Part shown: piece after piece, positions 52,249-63,342 of the stretch
Layout: each line of letters begins with the position of its first letter
Numbering within the stretch: the stretch's first letter is position 1
Assembly: GCA_963710605.1 (NCBI GenBank)
Contig: CAVQBA010000005.1
Location: 256,001 to 320,000 of the forward strand
DNA: 64,000 nucleotides
DNA from: an uncultured cyanobacterium
Lineage (GTDB): Bacteria; Cyanobacteriota; Cyanobacteriia; Cyanobacteriales; Cyanobacteriaceae
Direction of reading: 5' to 3'
Translations under genes and position numbers: made by a program
The notes under the pieces: generated by a model
What the model saw: only the letters and a program-made list of their open reading frames with translations
Told to the model about the DNA's origin: nothing
Databases searched by the model: none

Positions 52249-54495
52249 TTAAAACCACTTTTCTAAACGATCTAAAGCGTACCAAAATCCTTCTCCATCA
52301 TTATTATGCCCTTGCCAAATTTCGGGGATAAATGAGGCTTGAGGAGCGATATTATCTAATCTTTGAGCCAAAGCCAGAAAATCAATTTCGCCCGAATCAA
52401 TTTGTAAACCTTCTCCATCTACTTTAGTTGCATCTGCAATATGAAGATGAGCCGTGTAAACGCCTACTTGTTCGATAAATTCTTGAAAAGAAGTTTGAGT
52501 ATGATTACAAGCAAGTTTGGAGTGAGAAACATCCAAACAAATTCGATAACCATGCTGACAAAAGTCGAGAATATTTTGAGCATTAACAAATAAATTATGA
52601 TAGCTTTGTCCGCCAAAGTGCCAAGGAAAAGGAGGCATTGTTTGGGGGATAATTTCGACTCCTTCTGTATCTAAAGCTGATAAGCTCGATAGTAATAACT
52701 CAAAACGTTTTTTTTGTTCGTCTTGAGGTAAAGGAGCATTTCTGGTAAACCCGCCCACATTAGTCACGATTGGGGGTTGGGTAGCTTTAGAAAAATATTG
52801 TTTAAGGTTTCGGGTGACTTCAATGACTCTTTGTAACTCGTCGATCGATTTTTGACGGTAAGTTTCATCGGGAGAACAAAGATCGAGAATGAGATCGCCA
52901 CGAAAAAGCTCAGGTGAATGAACGACTAAATCTAGATCGTAAACTCGATCGAAATAGGAAGCAAGATCAACTTCTAAATCTTTATAACTAAGATGAAACT
53001 CTAACAAATCGGGATTTGACTTCGATAAAATGTTTTTAAAGTCGTGATAGCGAACGGGAATTCCCCAAGGGCGTTTGAAAGTATAATTTCTTGGTTTTAT
53101 TTGTGTCGACTCTAAATCGCTAGGAAAGAAAAAATCCCCTGCTTTGAGATTGCGTACCGCAGAGCGTCCGATTAATTGAGCTTTGTAATTAGGTTGTAAT
53201 CCCTTACCAGGGCTTTTAACCTCTAGCATCTTTTCTTCGATCGTTTGCCCTGCTTTTAAATCGCAATTAATAACTAGACTTTTGGCTAATGTTTCTCGAT
53301 TGATCAATTCTCCTTGAGATAAATTTCTGGGGGTAGAGGTGCCTAAAGCTAATTCTACCTGACGAATTCCTTTAACCATCGTTTTTAATTCGTGGGGCAA
53401 CAAACTAACTTTGTGATCGTTTCCTTCCATACTTCGATCGAGGGTTAGATGTTTTTCGATTACTTTTGCCCCTTTGCCCACTGAGGCGATGGCGACATAA
53501 ATATCTCTTTCATGACCAGAATATCCCACCAAACAGTCTCCAATTTCCTTTAGTCTTTCTAAATAATTGAGATTGATGTCTTTAAAAGGAGCGGGATAGG
53601 TCGAATTACAATGTAAGAGGATATAAATTGCTCCTAATCGCTTTAAAAGGGCAACAGATTCTTTAATTTCTGCCTCTGTCGCCATTCCTGTGGAGCAGAT
53701 TAAAGGTTTACCCGTTGCCACCAGAGCTTTTAACAGATCGTGATTGGTTAAGTCTGCTGAAGCTACTTTATAAGCCTTCATGCCATATTCTTCTAGCAAA
53801 TTTAGACTTTCAAAATCCCAAGGCGTACAAAGGGGAATTATTCCTTTTTGCTGACAGTAATTAAAGGCTGACAATAATTCTTCTGGTTTTAATTGAAAAC
53901 GAGAAAGTAAATCTAATGTATATTGAGAACCTAAATCCTCGCTATCGTCGTTGGCATTTCCTGCATTTTTATATAAGCCTGATAAATGACGCATTTGAAA
54001 TTTGGCACAGTTTGCTCCTGCTTCAACCGCCGCATCAATTAATTCTTTAGCACGGTTTAGGCTTCCGTTATGATTATTTCCAATCTCGGCAATAACGAAA
54101 GTAGATGATTCGGGATTAAGATTAAATTCACCGATCGAGATTCCTTCTGTCGGACGTGAATGGGCGATGGCGACTAAACGATCGTATTCATCCAATAACG
54201 GTATAAACTCAATGTTATTAGAGAAAAGAGACTCGATTTCGTCACGATCGTCTTTGAATAAGGCAAACTTAAAATTTTTGTTAGAAAGTTCGGCTACAGG
54301 TTGATTGAGATCGATCGTTTCTTGAGACACTAACCAGCGACGGAAATCTCCATCGGTAACAACCCCTTCTAACACTCCAGACTCGGTGACAGAAAAAATA
54401 ATTCTACTTTTGTTGTCGCTAATTTTTTTTAATGCTTCGACGATCGAATCTTCTGCAAAAACAACATACTTTCTGAGATTGGTTTCAATAATCAT
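52249..54495 (-). CDS. neuB: NeuB-family nonulosonic acid synthase with N-terminal CBS, SAF and C-terminal AP-endonuclease-2/xylose-isomerase-like domain
   Basis: IAEIGNNHNG, AKFQ, KVAS, LHCNSTYP, GYSGHE, IEKH; CBS GVVTDGDFRR; C-terminal LDVSH, HLHIAD. Confidence 0.88.
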   Translation of the reverse strand: MIIETNLRKYVVFAEDSIVEALKKISDNKSRIIFSVTESGVLEGVVTDGDFRRWLVSQETIDLNQPVAELSNKNFKFALFKDDRDEIESLFSNNIEFIPLLDEYDRLVAIAHSRPTEGISIGEFNLNPESSTFVIAEIGNNHNGSLNRAKELIDAAVEAGANCAKFQMRHLSGLYKNAGNANDDSEDLGSQYTLDLLSRFQLKPEELLSAFNYCQQKGIIPLCTPWDFESLNLLEEYGMKAYKVASADLTNHDLLKALVATGKPLICSTGMATEAEIKESVALLKRLGAIYILLHCNSTYPAPFKDINLNYLERLKEIGDCLVGYSGHERDIYVAIASVGKGAKVIEKHLTLDRSMEGNDHKVSLLPHELKTMVKGIRQVELALGTSTPRNLSQGELINRETLAKSLVINCDLKAGQTIEEKMLEVKSPGKGLQPNYKAQLIGRSAVRNLKAGDFFFPSDLESTQIKPRNYTFKRPWGIPVRYHDFKNILSKSNPDLLEFHLSYKDLEVDLASYFDRVYDLDLVVHSPELFRGDLILDLCSPDETYRQKSIDELQRVIEVTRNLKQYFSKATQPPIVTNVGGFTRNAPLPQDEQKKRFELLLSSLSALDTEGVEIIPQTMPPFPWHFGGQSYHNLFVNAQNILDFCQHGYRICLDVSHSKLACNHTQTSFQEFIEQVGVYTAHLHIADATKVDGEGLQIDSGEIDFLALAQRLDNIAPQASFIPEIWQGHNNDGEGFWYALDRLEKWF

Positions 54496-54501
54496 TGGTT
54501 A

Positions 54502-55203
54502 CTAACTCCCTATGCGATTTTGATGTAACATAATTTGCTCGACAATTGTAAAATCAAGTAAAGAATCGATTTCTAGTGCTGCGTTGTCACTCATTTTAAA
54601 TAGTGTAATTTTCCCACCTAAACGATTACCTAACTTTTTTAAAACCCAAGGTTTGAAAATATAAATAGAACCATTTTCCATATATTGAGGTAACATTTCT
54701 TGACGACGCTGACGTTGTTGATAATTATAGTTAATCGACTCAGGATTGCCATTTTTTTCTTGCCATAAAAAGCGATGGGATGGTGAAACCGACAGTAATG
54801 AATCGGCTTGCTCTTTTTGTAGTTGAACGATCGCTTCATCGATGTCTGTTTTCGCTCTTATGGGTGAAGTACATTGAAGAAAAACTACTATCTTGGGTAA
54901 TATTCCTTCTTGCTCTAAAGTTTCTAAAGTATGAAGTAAAGCTGATTCTGAAGAAGCTGTATCTGTTGCTAAAGTTGAAGGACGATCGATAACCTCCGCA
55001 CCATATTCACTAGCAACGGTAGCTATTTCGTTATCATCCGTGGATACATATACTCGATCTACTAATTTAGATTCTTTAGCTACTGTAATTGAGTGAGTAA
55101 TCAAAGGTTTATTTGCCAACAGACGTATATTTTTTCCTGGCACTCCTTTTGAGCCTCCACGAGCGGGAACGATCGCAATTACTTCTAGATTAGATTTATC
55201 CAC
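54502..55203 (-). CDS. neuA: acylneuraminate cytidylyltransferase
   Basis: IVPARGGSKGVPGKNI, VSTD, LQCTSPIR, ENGSIY, EIDS..DF. Confidence 0.92.
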   Translation of the reverse strand: MDKSNLEVIAIVPARGGSKGVPGKNIRLLANKPLITHSITVAKESKLVDRVYVSTDDNEIATVASEYGAEVIDRPSTLATDTASSESALLHTLETLEQEGILPKIVVFLQCTSPIRAKTDIDEAIVQLQKEQADSLLSVSPSHRFLWQEKNGNPESINYNYQQRQRRQEMLPQYMENGSIYIFKPWVLKKLGNRLGGKITLFKMSDNAALEIDSLLDFTIVEQIMLHQNRIGS

Positions 55204-55432
55204 AATAAATATTTTTGTTAAAGTTGGTACAATTTTTTAATGAGATCCATGCTGATAGTCAGTTAAATAAATTTATACATAGCGATCGCTGTTTAAGAAT
55301 TAGTATTCGGAATTGTTGAAATTTTATTCCATTGCTATTTAATTTTATTATACTTTTTCGGCGAGAGTCCCCCTTCTGTAAGGGGGATTTAGGGGGATTG
55401 ATCTTAATATTTTTTTAATTTAGTATTAACCA

Positions 55433-56209
55433 TTAACCAAGGATTATTTTTTTAGCATACTGATAAAATTCTAGATCGGGCTGACATATTTGGGTTATCT
55501 TTTCCATTAAAGAGGAATCTATTTGAGGATTTGAGATAGGATTTTTATTCTCATGAGGAATTTTAAGATCTAGTGCTAATTTCTCCTTACATTCAACTTG
55601 AAATTGGGTAAGCTCTTCTAAAAATCCAACTACAGTAAATTTAGTTAAATTATCTTTAGCTATTACTATTTTTTCCTTAATATCGGTAGGATCGTTATTA
55701 GAAAAACCGCCAATAAAGTTTATATAAGAAACTCCTCGTGCTTTACTTCTTTTTGAATCTATAAAAGACTCAATATCTTCTGTTATTCTGGCATGATCGT
55801 CTTTTTTATAAGCATCAAAAAAAAAGTTAGAAATATATCTACTAATCGGCTCTCTTAAAACAGTGATATAAGCATATTTTTGTCCAAAAGTGTTCCAGAT
55901 TTCTTGATTGAAACGTGTATGTCCGCTAATGTATTTTGTATCTTTAATCATTTCATGAGCTACTATGTGATGACTAAAGTAAGATGTACTGTGGTTTTTG
56001 TTTGGCGGATTTTCCAAATCATAAAGAGTTTGGGCTCCTTTTTGTATATAAGAAGGTTCGAGATGACATGATGAAAACGGATAAAACTTACTTATAGCAC
56101 GATCGAGTGAAGTTCCGCCTGTCTTGGGAATATGAATAAAAAAAACGTTTTTTCTTTGATTACCTCCTGTTATCTTTTGCAGGTATTTTTTGGCAACTTG
56201 CTGATACAT
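55433..56209 (-). CDS. sulfotransferase family 2 protein
   Basis: FIHIPKTGGTS and LREPISRYIS PAPS-binding motifs. Confidence 0.85.
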   Translation of the reverse strand: MYQQVAKKYLQKITGGNQRKNVFFIHIPKTGGTSLDRAISKFYPFSSCHLEPSYIQKGAQTLYDLENPPNKNHSTSYFSHHIVAHEMIKDTKYISGHTRFNQEIWNTFGQKYAYITVLREPISRYISNFFFDAYKKDDHARITEDIESFIDSKRSKARGVSYINFIGGFSNNDPTDIKEKIVIAKDNLTKFTVVGFLEELTQFQVECKEKLALDLKIPHENKNPISNPQIDSSLMEKITQICQPDLEFYQYAKKIILG

Positions 56210-56300
56210 AAAACTTACTTTTTTGCTAGCTTAAATAATACTATTTTTAAATTTCAAATACTTAAATAATAATTACATATTGTTGACGATCGCACTTTTA

Positions 56301-57122
56301 TCATACTTCCATCAACAAATTTTTTTGTACTAATTGTTCTTTAAGTTGAGAATCTAAAACTTGATAATCCAAATCTTGACGAGTATTAGTATAGTAATTA
56401 AGATGATTCTTGGCGTGTTGATTATTAGCTCCATAAGACAAAAAGATAGCGTATTTTGGACCTTTTATGGGACTACCTGAATGAATTAATCTGGTATTAA
56501 AAATAACACAATCCCCCGGTTCGGTTTTAAGATAAACAGGTTGAGTTGGAGGTTGCATAAAGTATTTAGGTTTATCGGTACGGACAAAACTTTGAAGCCA
56601 AGGATGTGTCTTGCTAATTACTCTTTGAGGAAAATAGAGTCTATTCCATACTTTTTTTTCTAGAGGAGAAAGAGAATATTCTCGCTGATGACTGCCGGGG
56701 ATAACGACTAAAGACGAATTACTTTCGGCGTAAGATTGAAGATAAATCGCTATTCTGGCTACCTGATACTTTTGATTAGTTTCGTCCCAATCTTCTCCCA
56801 CACCATAGGTACGATCTGCACTGTCGCGATGCCAACCAATCTCGCCACGATGTACGTGAAGATCGCTATGTTGAGTATAACGAATATCATCACCAAAAAT
56901 TTCCCTAACACTACTTAACAAGTTTGGATGCCATATCAATGGCCAAAATTCACGGTTGGTAGATACACCATTAGGACATTGAAAATGAGGAGTCCGCTTT
57001 TTATCGTCTAAACCTGAAACCTTTTGTAACTTAGATTTATACTCTACTACCTCATCAGTATTAAGTAAATTTTTAATAACGACAAAACCTAATTCTTCAA
57101 ATTGCCTTTTTAATTTGCTCAT
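56301..57122 (-). CDS. phytanoyl-CoA dioxygenase (Fe/2OG) family protein
   Basis: WHRD, VIPGSH, GDCVIFNTRLIHSG. Confidence 0.85.
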   Translation of the reverse strand: MSKLKRQFEELGFVVIKNLLNTDEVVEYKSKLQKVSGLDDKKRTPHFQCPNGVSTNREFWPLIWHPNLLSSVREIFGDDIRYTQHSDLHVHRGEIGWHRDSADRTYGVGEDWDETNQKYQVARIAIYLQSYAESNSSLVVIPGSHQREYSLSPLEKKVWNRLYFPQRVISKTHPWLQSFVRTDKPKYFMQPPTQPVYLKTEPGDCVIFNTRLIHSGSPIKGPKYAIFLSYGANNQHAKNHLNYYTNTRQDLDYQVLDSQLKEQLVQKNLLMEV

Positions 57123-57148
57123 GTTTTTATCTCATTAATATCTAAAAA

Positions 57149-58041
57149 TCAACTAACTTCTAATTCTAACCAATGAGAAAGATCTCGATCAATCGTTTCT
57201 TGTAATTGTAAAATTTCCTCTCGATACTCTTGTATTAAGCCTTGACGAACTTCTGGTTTTAAAGGAACTTTTTTAGAAGAAGAATTAAATTGAATTAAAC
57301 GCTCGACAAAATTTTTGCCTAGCGGTAGTTCTTTTTTTAAAGTTTTCAAATATCGATCGAGAGTCTTATTTTTAGGTTTTTTAGGGCTAACGTTTAATCT
57401 TAGATTCATTTCGGGAACAAAAGTATCGTCAACACCGATAAACCTAAATATGTCTTGAGTAAAACCAATCGAATCTTTAAGATAATCTTCGTAGAGATAA
57501 ACTTTGATTTGTTCCGGGTTGAAAAGCTCGTAATATCTTTTTAATTGAGTATAATAATATCCCCTAGAACGATAGTGCCAACGAAGATGCCAGTTATCGG
57601 CTATTCTGCTTTCTTCATCTTTTAATGCTAAAGCAAAATTTTCGTATGGTTCGTAACCATCTCGATAATTACCTTGAAATTGAGAATAAGCCCTTTGCAC
57701 GGGATTGCGAAAAATGACAATTAATTTAGCCTCTGGAATATAGTCATGAATGCGTTTAGCCGCTAATGGATGATAGATATAATCTGTGCAAACCTCACCA
57801 ATAGCTATTTCGTCTTTTACTTCTTCAAAAAGATTGAGATAATCTTCGATATTATTAATTGGTAAACGACGTGTTAAATCTCCTGGCCCTTGAAATCTAG
57901 TGAATCTCCTTCAGATGCAAAAAAACCACTCTCTTTAATAGTAGAATTAAGATAAATTTGAGGATGTTGCCTTAGATAATAATAAAGAGATGTAGTTCCT
58001 GCTTTTGCCGCACCAATAACAAGAAAGTTAGGAAGAGTCAT
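57149..58041 (-). pseudogene. sulfotransferase, split by 1-nt frameshift at ~57893 (possible sequencing error)
   Basis: PNFLVIGAAKAGTTSL; shifted frame GPGD...IGEVC...RNPVQRAYS. Confidence 0.8.
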
Positions 58042-58172
58042 ACAAATAATTAGTAATTGATAATTGATAATTGAGAACAACCTCCACAGACAAGTTGGAG
58101 AGTTGAAACCCTATTTTTTCGGTCAGTTACAAATGCTTAAAACTAAGTTAACATATTGGATGCAGTTAATAC

Positions 58173-59106
58173 TTATCGCCGACGAGGTATTTCATAACTT
58201 AAAAAGTCATAAGCCAAACTCGTTTGCGGAAAAATAGATTGAGCTTCTTTGAGTAAATCTTTAAGATTAATACTATTACCAAAATTGTAACGAGGGCTAA
58301 AATGAGTCATAATCAACTTTTTGACTTGAGCCGCTAAGGCAACCTGAGCCGCCATTGTGGTAGTTGAGTGTAATTTTTCAAACGCCATTTGAGCATCTTG
58401 ATGAGCAAAAGTAGCTTCATGAATTAAAACATCGGCATCAGTTGCTAAAGATATTGCATTTTCACAAAAAACTGTATCAGTACAATAAACAAATTTACGA
58501 CCGATTTCAGTAGGACCACAAAAATCACGCCCGTGAAAAGTTCTACCATCTTCTAGAGTTACCGTTTCTCCCGCTTTGAGTTTACCGTAAACAGGACCAA
58601 AAGGAATACCTAATTTTTTGGCTTTTTGGACATCGAATGTACCTGCACGGTTTTTTTCTTCAACACGATAACCAAAAGCTGTTATACGATGTTTTAAGGG
58701 TTGTACACTAACGATAAATTCGTCATCTTCGTAGATAACACCTTCGGTTACAGTTTTAATTTTGACACCATAAGGAAAATAAGTATGAGAATATTTCATA
58801 CAAGATTTTAGGTAAGGTTCAATTCCAGGACGAACCATAAACAGTGACGTTTTCAGCATCTGCACCTAAACCACAACTTGCTAACAATCCCATTAAACCA
58901 AAAGTATGATCTCCGTGCATATGAGTGACGAAAATTTTTTTTAGTTGTGAGGCTTTAAGTTCGCTACGTAAGATTTGATGTTGAGTACCTTCGCCACAGT
59001 CAAATAACCAAAGTTCTCCTCTTTGAATATGTCTTAACGCTATACTCGAGACGTTTCTGGATTTTGTTGGTACTCCTGAGCTAGTTCCTAAAAATGTTAT
59101 TTCCAC
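58173..59106 (-). CDS. rnz: ribonuclease Z, apparent 1-nt frameshift at ~58835 (probably sequencing error)
   Basis: [23 protein letters not shown]; second frame YCTDT, HEATF, HSTT, THFSPRY. Confidence 0.93.
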
Positions 59107-59283
59107 GATCGTCTATTTTACCTATCAGTAACCTCATTTTCCGTACCTAATTATTATATCCAACATCAATAGTTAATAGTTAAGAGTTAAGAGTTAAGAG
59201 TTAATTACTTTTGAATTGTCAATTGTCAATAGTTCACAGTATATTATCAACATAATCTCGATTGGTATCATCAAAAGTTAGTT

Positions 59284-60354
59284 ATGGAAACAAATGTTCG
59301 ATCGTCTAATAGTTTAATCAATCCATCTGGTTGGTTGTTATTTGCATTTCTAGGTATCAGCTTAACCGTTATTACTCTAGTTCATTTAGATTTAATTAGT
59401 ACTCGTAACTTATTACTATCAGCAGTAATCAGCGGATTATCAGGTTATCTAATCGTGCCTATTTTACAAAAAATGAAAGCATCTCAAGTCATTCAAGAAG
59501 ATGGATTACAATCTCATTTAAAAAAAGTGGGTACACCGACGATGGGTGGTATTTTTTTTATCCCTGCATCGATAATTGTTGGCGTAATTGCTGGCGGTTT
59601 TACTAGTAATGTAATCGCAGTGGCTTTAGTTACTTTTATTTATGCTTTTATCGGTTGGATAGATGATTGGCAAATATTACGTAAAAAAACTAATTTAGGT
59701 TTAACTGCTAAGCAAAAATTTGGTTTACAAGTTATCTGTGCCGTTATTTTCTGTGTCTGGATGTATTTTACTCAACCCACTTCTATTACTAATGTTAGTT
59801 TACCGTTTGGCTTAGTTTTACCGTTGAGTTTTTTCTTTTGGTTTTTAGCTATTTTTGTCATTGTCGCCGAAAGTAACGCTACTAATTTTACCGACGGTGT
59901 TGATGGATTAGCAGGTGGTACAAGTGCGATCGCATTTTTAGGATTAGGACTTTTAGTTGCTCCTAATCATCCTGATTTACTCGGTTTTTGTTTGGCTATC
60001 AGTGGTGGTTGTTTGGGGTTTGTTTTGCACAATCGTAACAAAGCTTCTGTTTTTATGGGCGATACAGGCTCACTTGCTTTAGGTGCGGGTTTGGCGGCTG
60101 TGGGAATTTTGAGTCAAAATTTATGGGCTTTATTTATCCTCAGTCTGTTATTTTTTGTCGAGTCTTTATCAGTAATCGCTCAAGTACTTTATTACAAAGC
60201 GACAAAAGATGAAAATGGTCAAGGAAAAAGACTATTAAAAATGGCACCAATCCACCATCATTTAGAATTAAGTGGTTGGACGGAAACTCAAATAGTAGGT
60301 ATATTTTATTTAGTTAGTATTTTCTTAGTTTTCTTGACGATCGTGGGTAAATAA
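59284..60354 (+). CDS. mraY: phospho-N-acetylmuramoyl-pentapeptide transferase
   Basis: KVGTPTMGG, IDDW, NFTDGVDGL, FMGDTGS, MAPIHHHLE. Confidence 0.97.
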   Translation: METNVRSSNSLINPSGWLLFAFLGISLTVITLVHLDLISTRNLLLSAVISGLSGYLIVPILQKMKASQVIQEDGLQSHLKKVGTPTMGGIFFIPASIIVGVIAGGFTSNVIAVALVTFIYAFIGWIDDWQILRKKTNLGLTAKQKFGLQVICAVIFCVWMYFTQPTSITNVSLPFGLVLPLSFFFWFLAIFVIVAESNATNFTDGVDGLAGGTSAIAFLGLGLLVAPNHPDLLGFCLAISGGCLGFVLHNRNKASVFMGDTGSLALGAGLAAVGILSQNLWALFILSLLFFVESLSVIAQVLYYKATKDENGQGKRLLKMAPIHHHLELSGWTETQIVGIFYLVSIFLVFLTIVGK

Positions 60355-60626
60355 TCGATCGTAAACCGTAGGGGCAGAATGGTATTCTGCCCTCATTTTT
60401 TTATACCTGTACAACCCCTCGTGTTTCTCCCCGAAGACAAGAGGAGACTTTAATCGATAAATATAATATCCTAAGTAATTCCTTTACCGTTTCATAAATA
60501 AGTTCATTTAGCTGTAAATTACAAGCGAAAAGATTAAATTTCTCCACCTAAAGCATGATTTAAACATATAATTATCTTCGATAAAATAAGAGATTGGAGA
60601 AAAAATAAAAATAAAATAAATATATC

Positions 60627-62075
60627 ATGTCTGTTAGAGTAAGAATTGCACCATCTCCTACAGGTAACTTACATATTGGTACTGCACGTACAGCAGTTTT
60701 CAATTGGTTGTTTGCCCGTAATCAAGAAGGCACGTTTATCTTGAGAGTAGAAGATACAGATTTAGAACGATCGAAATCAGAATATACTGAAAATATCAAA
60801 TCAGGTTTAGAATGGCTGGGTTTAAATTGGGATGAGGGACCATTTTTTCAAACCGAAAGATTAGATTTATACAAAAATGCAATTCAAAAATTAATTGATG
60901 ACGGTTTTGCTTATCCTTGTTATTGTACTCCCGAAGAGTTAGATGATATGCGGGAAAAACAAAAAGCGAATAATCAAGCCCCTGGTTATGATAATCGTCA
61001 CCGAGATTTGAGTGAAGAGCAAATTAAAGAGTTTGAAGCCGAAGGAAAAAAACCCGTTATCCGTTTTAAAATAGATAACGATCGTGAAATTTCTTGGAAT
61101 GATGCTATTAGAGATGAAGTTGTCTGGCAAGGTAGCGATTTAGGTGGTGATATGGTAATCGCCCGTGCACCAGAAACTGAAGACGAAAATTTTGGACAAC
61201 CTCTTTATAATTTAGCGGTAGTGGTTGATGATATTGACATGAATATTTCTCATGTTATCCGTGGTGAAGATCATATTGCCAATACTGCCAAACAAATATT
61301 ATTATATGAAGCCCTCGGTGCGGATATACCCGAATTTGTACATACACCTTTGATTTTGAATACCGAAGGTAAGAAGCTATCTAAAAGAGACGGCGTAACT
61401 TCGATCGATGATTTCCGCAAAATGGGTTTTGTACCCACTGCTTTAGTTAATTATATGACGTTGTTGGGTTGGACTTCTCCTGATGGTGAAGAAATCTTTA
61501 GTCTTGAAGAAGCGGCGACTCAATTTGATTTGGATAGAGTTAACAATTCAGGTGCTAAATTTGATTGGGATAAATTAGATTGGCTTAATAGTCAGTATCT
61601 TCACGAAATGCCATCAGAAGAATTATTACCTTTGTTAACACCTTATTGGCAAGAAGCTAACTATAAATTTGATAGTGAAAGTGATCAACAATGGTTATTA
61701 GATATTACCGCATTAATTGGTCCTAGTCTCACTCGTCTAACTGATGCAGTGGATGAAGGGGCGGTATTTTTTATTGATGATATTACTATCACTGATGAAG
61801 CTCAAGATTTTGTAACTCAAGATGGGGCAAAAGAAGTCTTAGAATATGTGATTAATCAAGATACTGCTGATTTAACTGTTGATTCAGCTAAAAGTATGAT
61901 TAAAAACTTGACTAAAGAATTAGGCGTTAAAAAAGGCTTGGTAATGCGTACTCTCCGAGTTGGTTTGACAGGTGCATTAAATGGTCCAGATTTGATTCAA
62001 AGTTGGTTATTACTAAATCAAAAAGGAATTTCCCAAAAACGATTTACTAAAGTAGTTGAATCGATCGATAAATAA
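60627..62075 (+). CDS. gltX: glutamate--tRNA ligase
   Basis: [24 protein letters not shown]. Confidence 0.97.
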   Translation: MSVRVRIAPSPTGNLHIGTARTAVFNWLFARNQEGTFILRVEDTDLERSKSEYTENIKSGLEWLGLNWDEGPFFQTERLDLYKNAIQKLIDDGFAYPCYCTPEELDDMREKQKANNQAPGYDNRHRDLSEEQIKEFEAEGKKPVIRFKIDNDREISWNDAIRDEVVWQGSDLGGDMVIARAPETEDENFGQPLYNLAVVVDDIDMNISHVIRGEDHIANTAKQILLYEALGADIPEFVHTPLILNTEGKKLSKRDGVTSIDDFRKMGFVPTALVNYMTLLGWTSPDGEEIFSLEEAATQFDLDRVNNSGAKFDWDKLDWLNSQYLHEMPSEELLPLLTPYWQEANYKFDSESDQQWLLDITALIGPSLTRLTDAVDEGAVFFIDDITITDEAQDFVTQDGAKEVLEYVINQDTADLTVDSAKSMIKNLTKELGVKKGLVMRTLRVGLTGALNGPDLIQSWLLLNQKGISQKRFTKVVESIDK

Positions 62076-62093
62076 TTGATTAATTATTAGAAT

Positions 62094-62251
62094 TATAGCA
62101 ATTGTCATACTTATAAAGTACACCCACGATCCCCCTAAATCCCCATCCCCCTTGCCCCCTTCGTAAGGGGGAAATTTAAAGATGCTTCGCTTTTATTGCG
62201 TGGGGGACTTGTAAATATAAACTGTACCTCATAAATGTGGGAACCGCTATA
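62094..62251. mobile_element. IS630-type MITE with nested hairpins
   Basis: Homologous to 22164-22306; TATAGC...GCTATA ends. Confidence 0.75.
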
Positions 62252-62518
62252 TAAGATCTTTGGAAGGGGTTTTTCCCTTCTATTTTATTAATAGCGTGAA
62301 AATTGAGATGAAGGAGATATTGATACTTGTATTAGTAAATTGACAAAATTGAAGATTAAAAAATAATTGAGATTAATTACTATGGCTTAAATAAATGCTC
62401 AAGAGTAGATAACCTAAGTTGGATTGCTTCTGACTATCACGACATCAATAGTGACTGTTTTACCTGATTCGATCTAGAATTAACAATTTATCTAGACAAA
62501 TAAAAAAATGACGAAAAA

Positions 62519-63070
62519 ATGATTCCGAAAACACTCTATCAAGCAATAGTTGAAAAGAATTACTCGGAGATAAAAAAGTTTGCCCAAGAATTGGATGACG
62601 TTATATTGGATCATTTTCCTGAAAATTGTTTCCAATTAATTCTAGATTTATTAGAGTTACCATCTTTCTTAGATTTGGAAAATTCACATAATTTTCTTTT
62701 TGTGCTACTTGTTAACTGGGAATATTTATCTAATAACCAAAAAAATAAGCTGATTCCTTTATTAGAAAATAGTTATGAATTATTTAAAGATTGGTACTCA
62801 TGTTTTATCATCTCTGAAATTTTTGGAGACAAGTTACATAATAAAAAAGTATTCGAGATTCTTTGTCAGTTAAAAAATATTACATCTGAAATGCCTCGTT
62901 CTTTTATTCCTCATGCTTTTGAACATATTGTCATAAAAACATCTGAGCAAAATTTAAAACTAAGTGCTTTCAATAAAATTAGGGAAATGAAAAAAGATCA
63001 TTCACAAAAAGTTCGCAATGAAGTTGATTTATCTCTAAGGAAAATCAAAAATAAAGGTTTTAATTACTGA
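62519..63070 (+). CDS. hypothetical all-helical (HEAT-like) protein
   Basis: 183-aa low-GC ORF ending MKKDHSQKVRNEV. Confidence 0.55.
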   Translation: MIPKTLYQAIVEKNYSEIKKFAQELDDVILDHFPENCFQLILDLLELPSFLDLENSHNFLFVLLVNWEYLSNNQKNKLIPLLENSYELFKDWYSCFIISEIFGDKLHNKKVFEILCQLKNITSEMPRSFIPHAFEHIVIKTSEQNLKLSAFNKIREMKKDHSQKVRNEVDLSLRKIKNKGFNY

Positions 63071-63342
63071 ACACGATCGATTCCAATACTAGTATGATGC
63101 ACTTGAGATAGATACGTATTGATACGTAATGTTATTAATGAAGATTATAATATTATTCATTTAACAAAGCCAAGACACGATCGAAAATAGATGATCCACT
63201 TTGCATAGTTCAATTAACGACAAACTGAAGTATTTTAGGTAACTAACGAACTCTTTAATAGAAACATCTCCCCTTGGAGGGGAGACAAAAAAATTAATCT
63301 TAATTAATATAATCAATCAGTTAGATTCAGATTAGATATCGA

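Noticed and set aside
826-61130. Short antisense or overlapping ORFs in the track (e.g. 826, 1976, 7513, 11891, 16595, 18996, 24384, 32494, 38066, 50761, 60939)
   Set aside because: They overlap well-supported genes on the opposite strand or another frame and show no recognisable motifs
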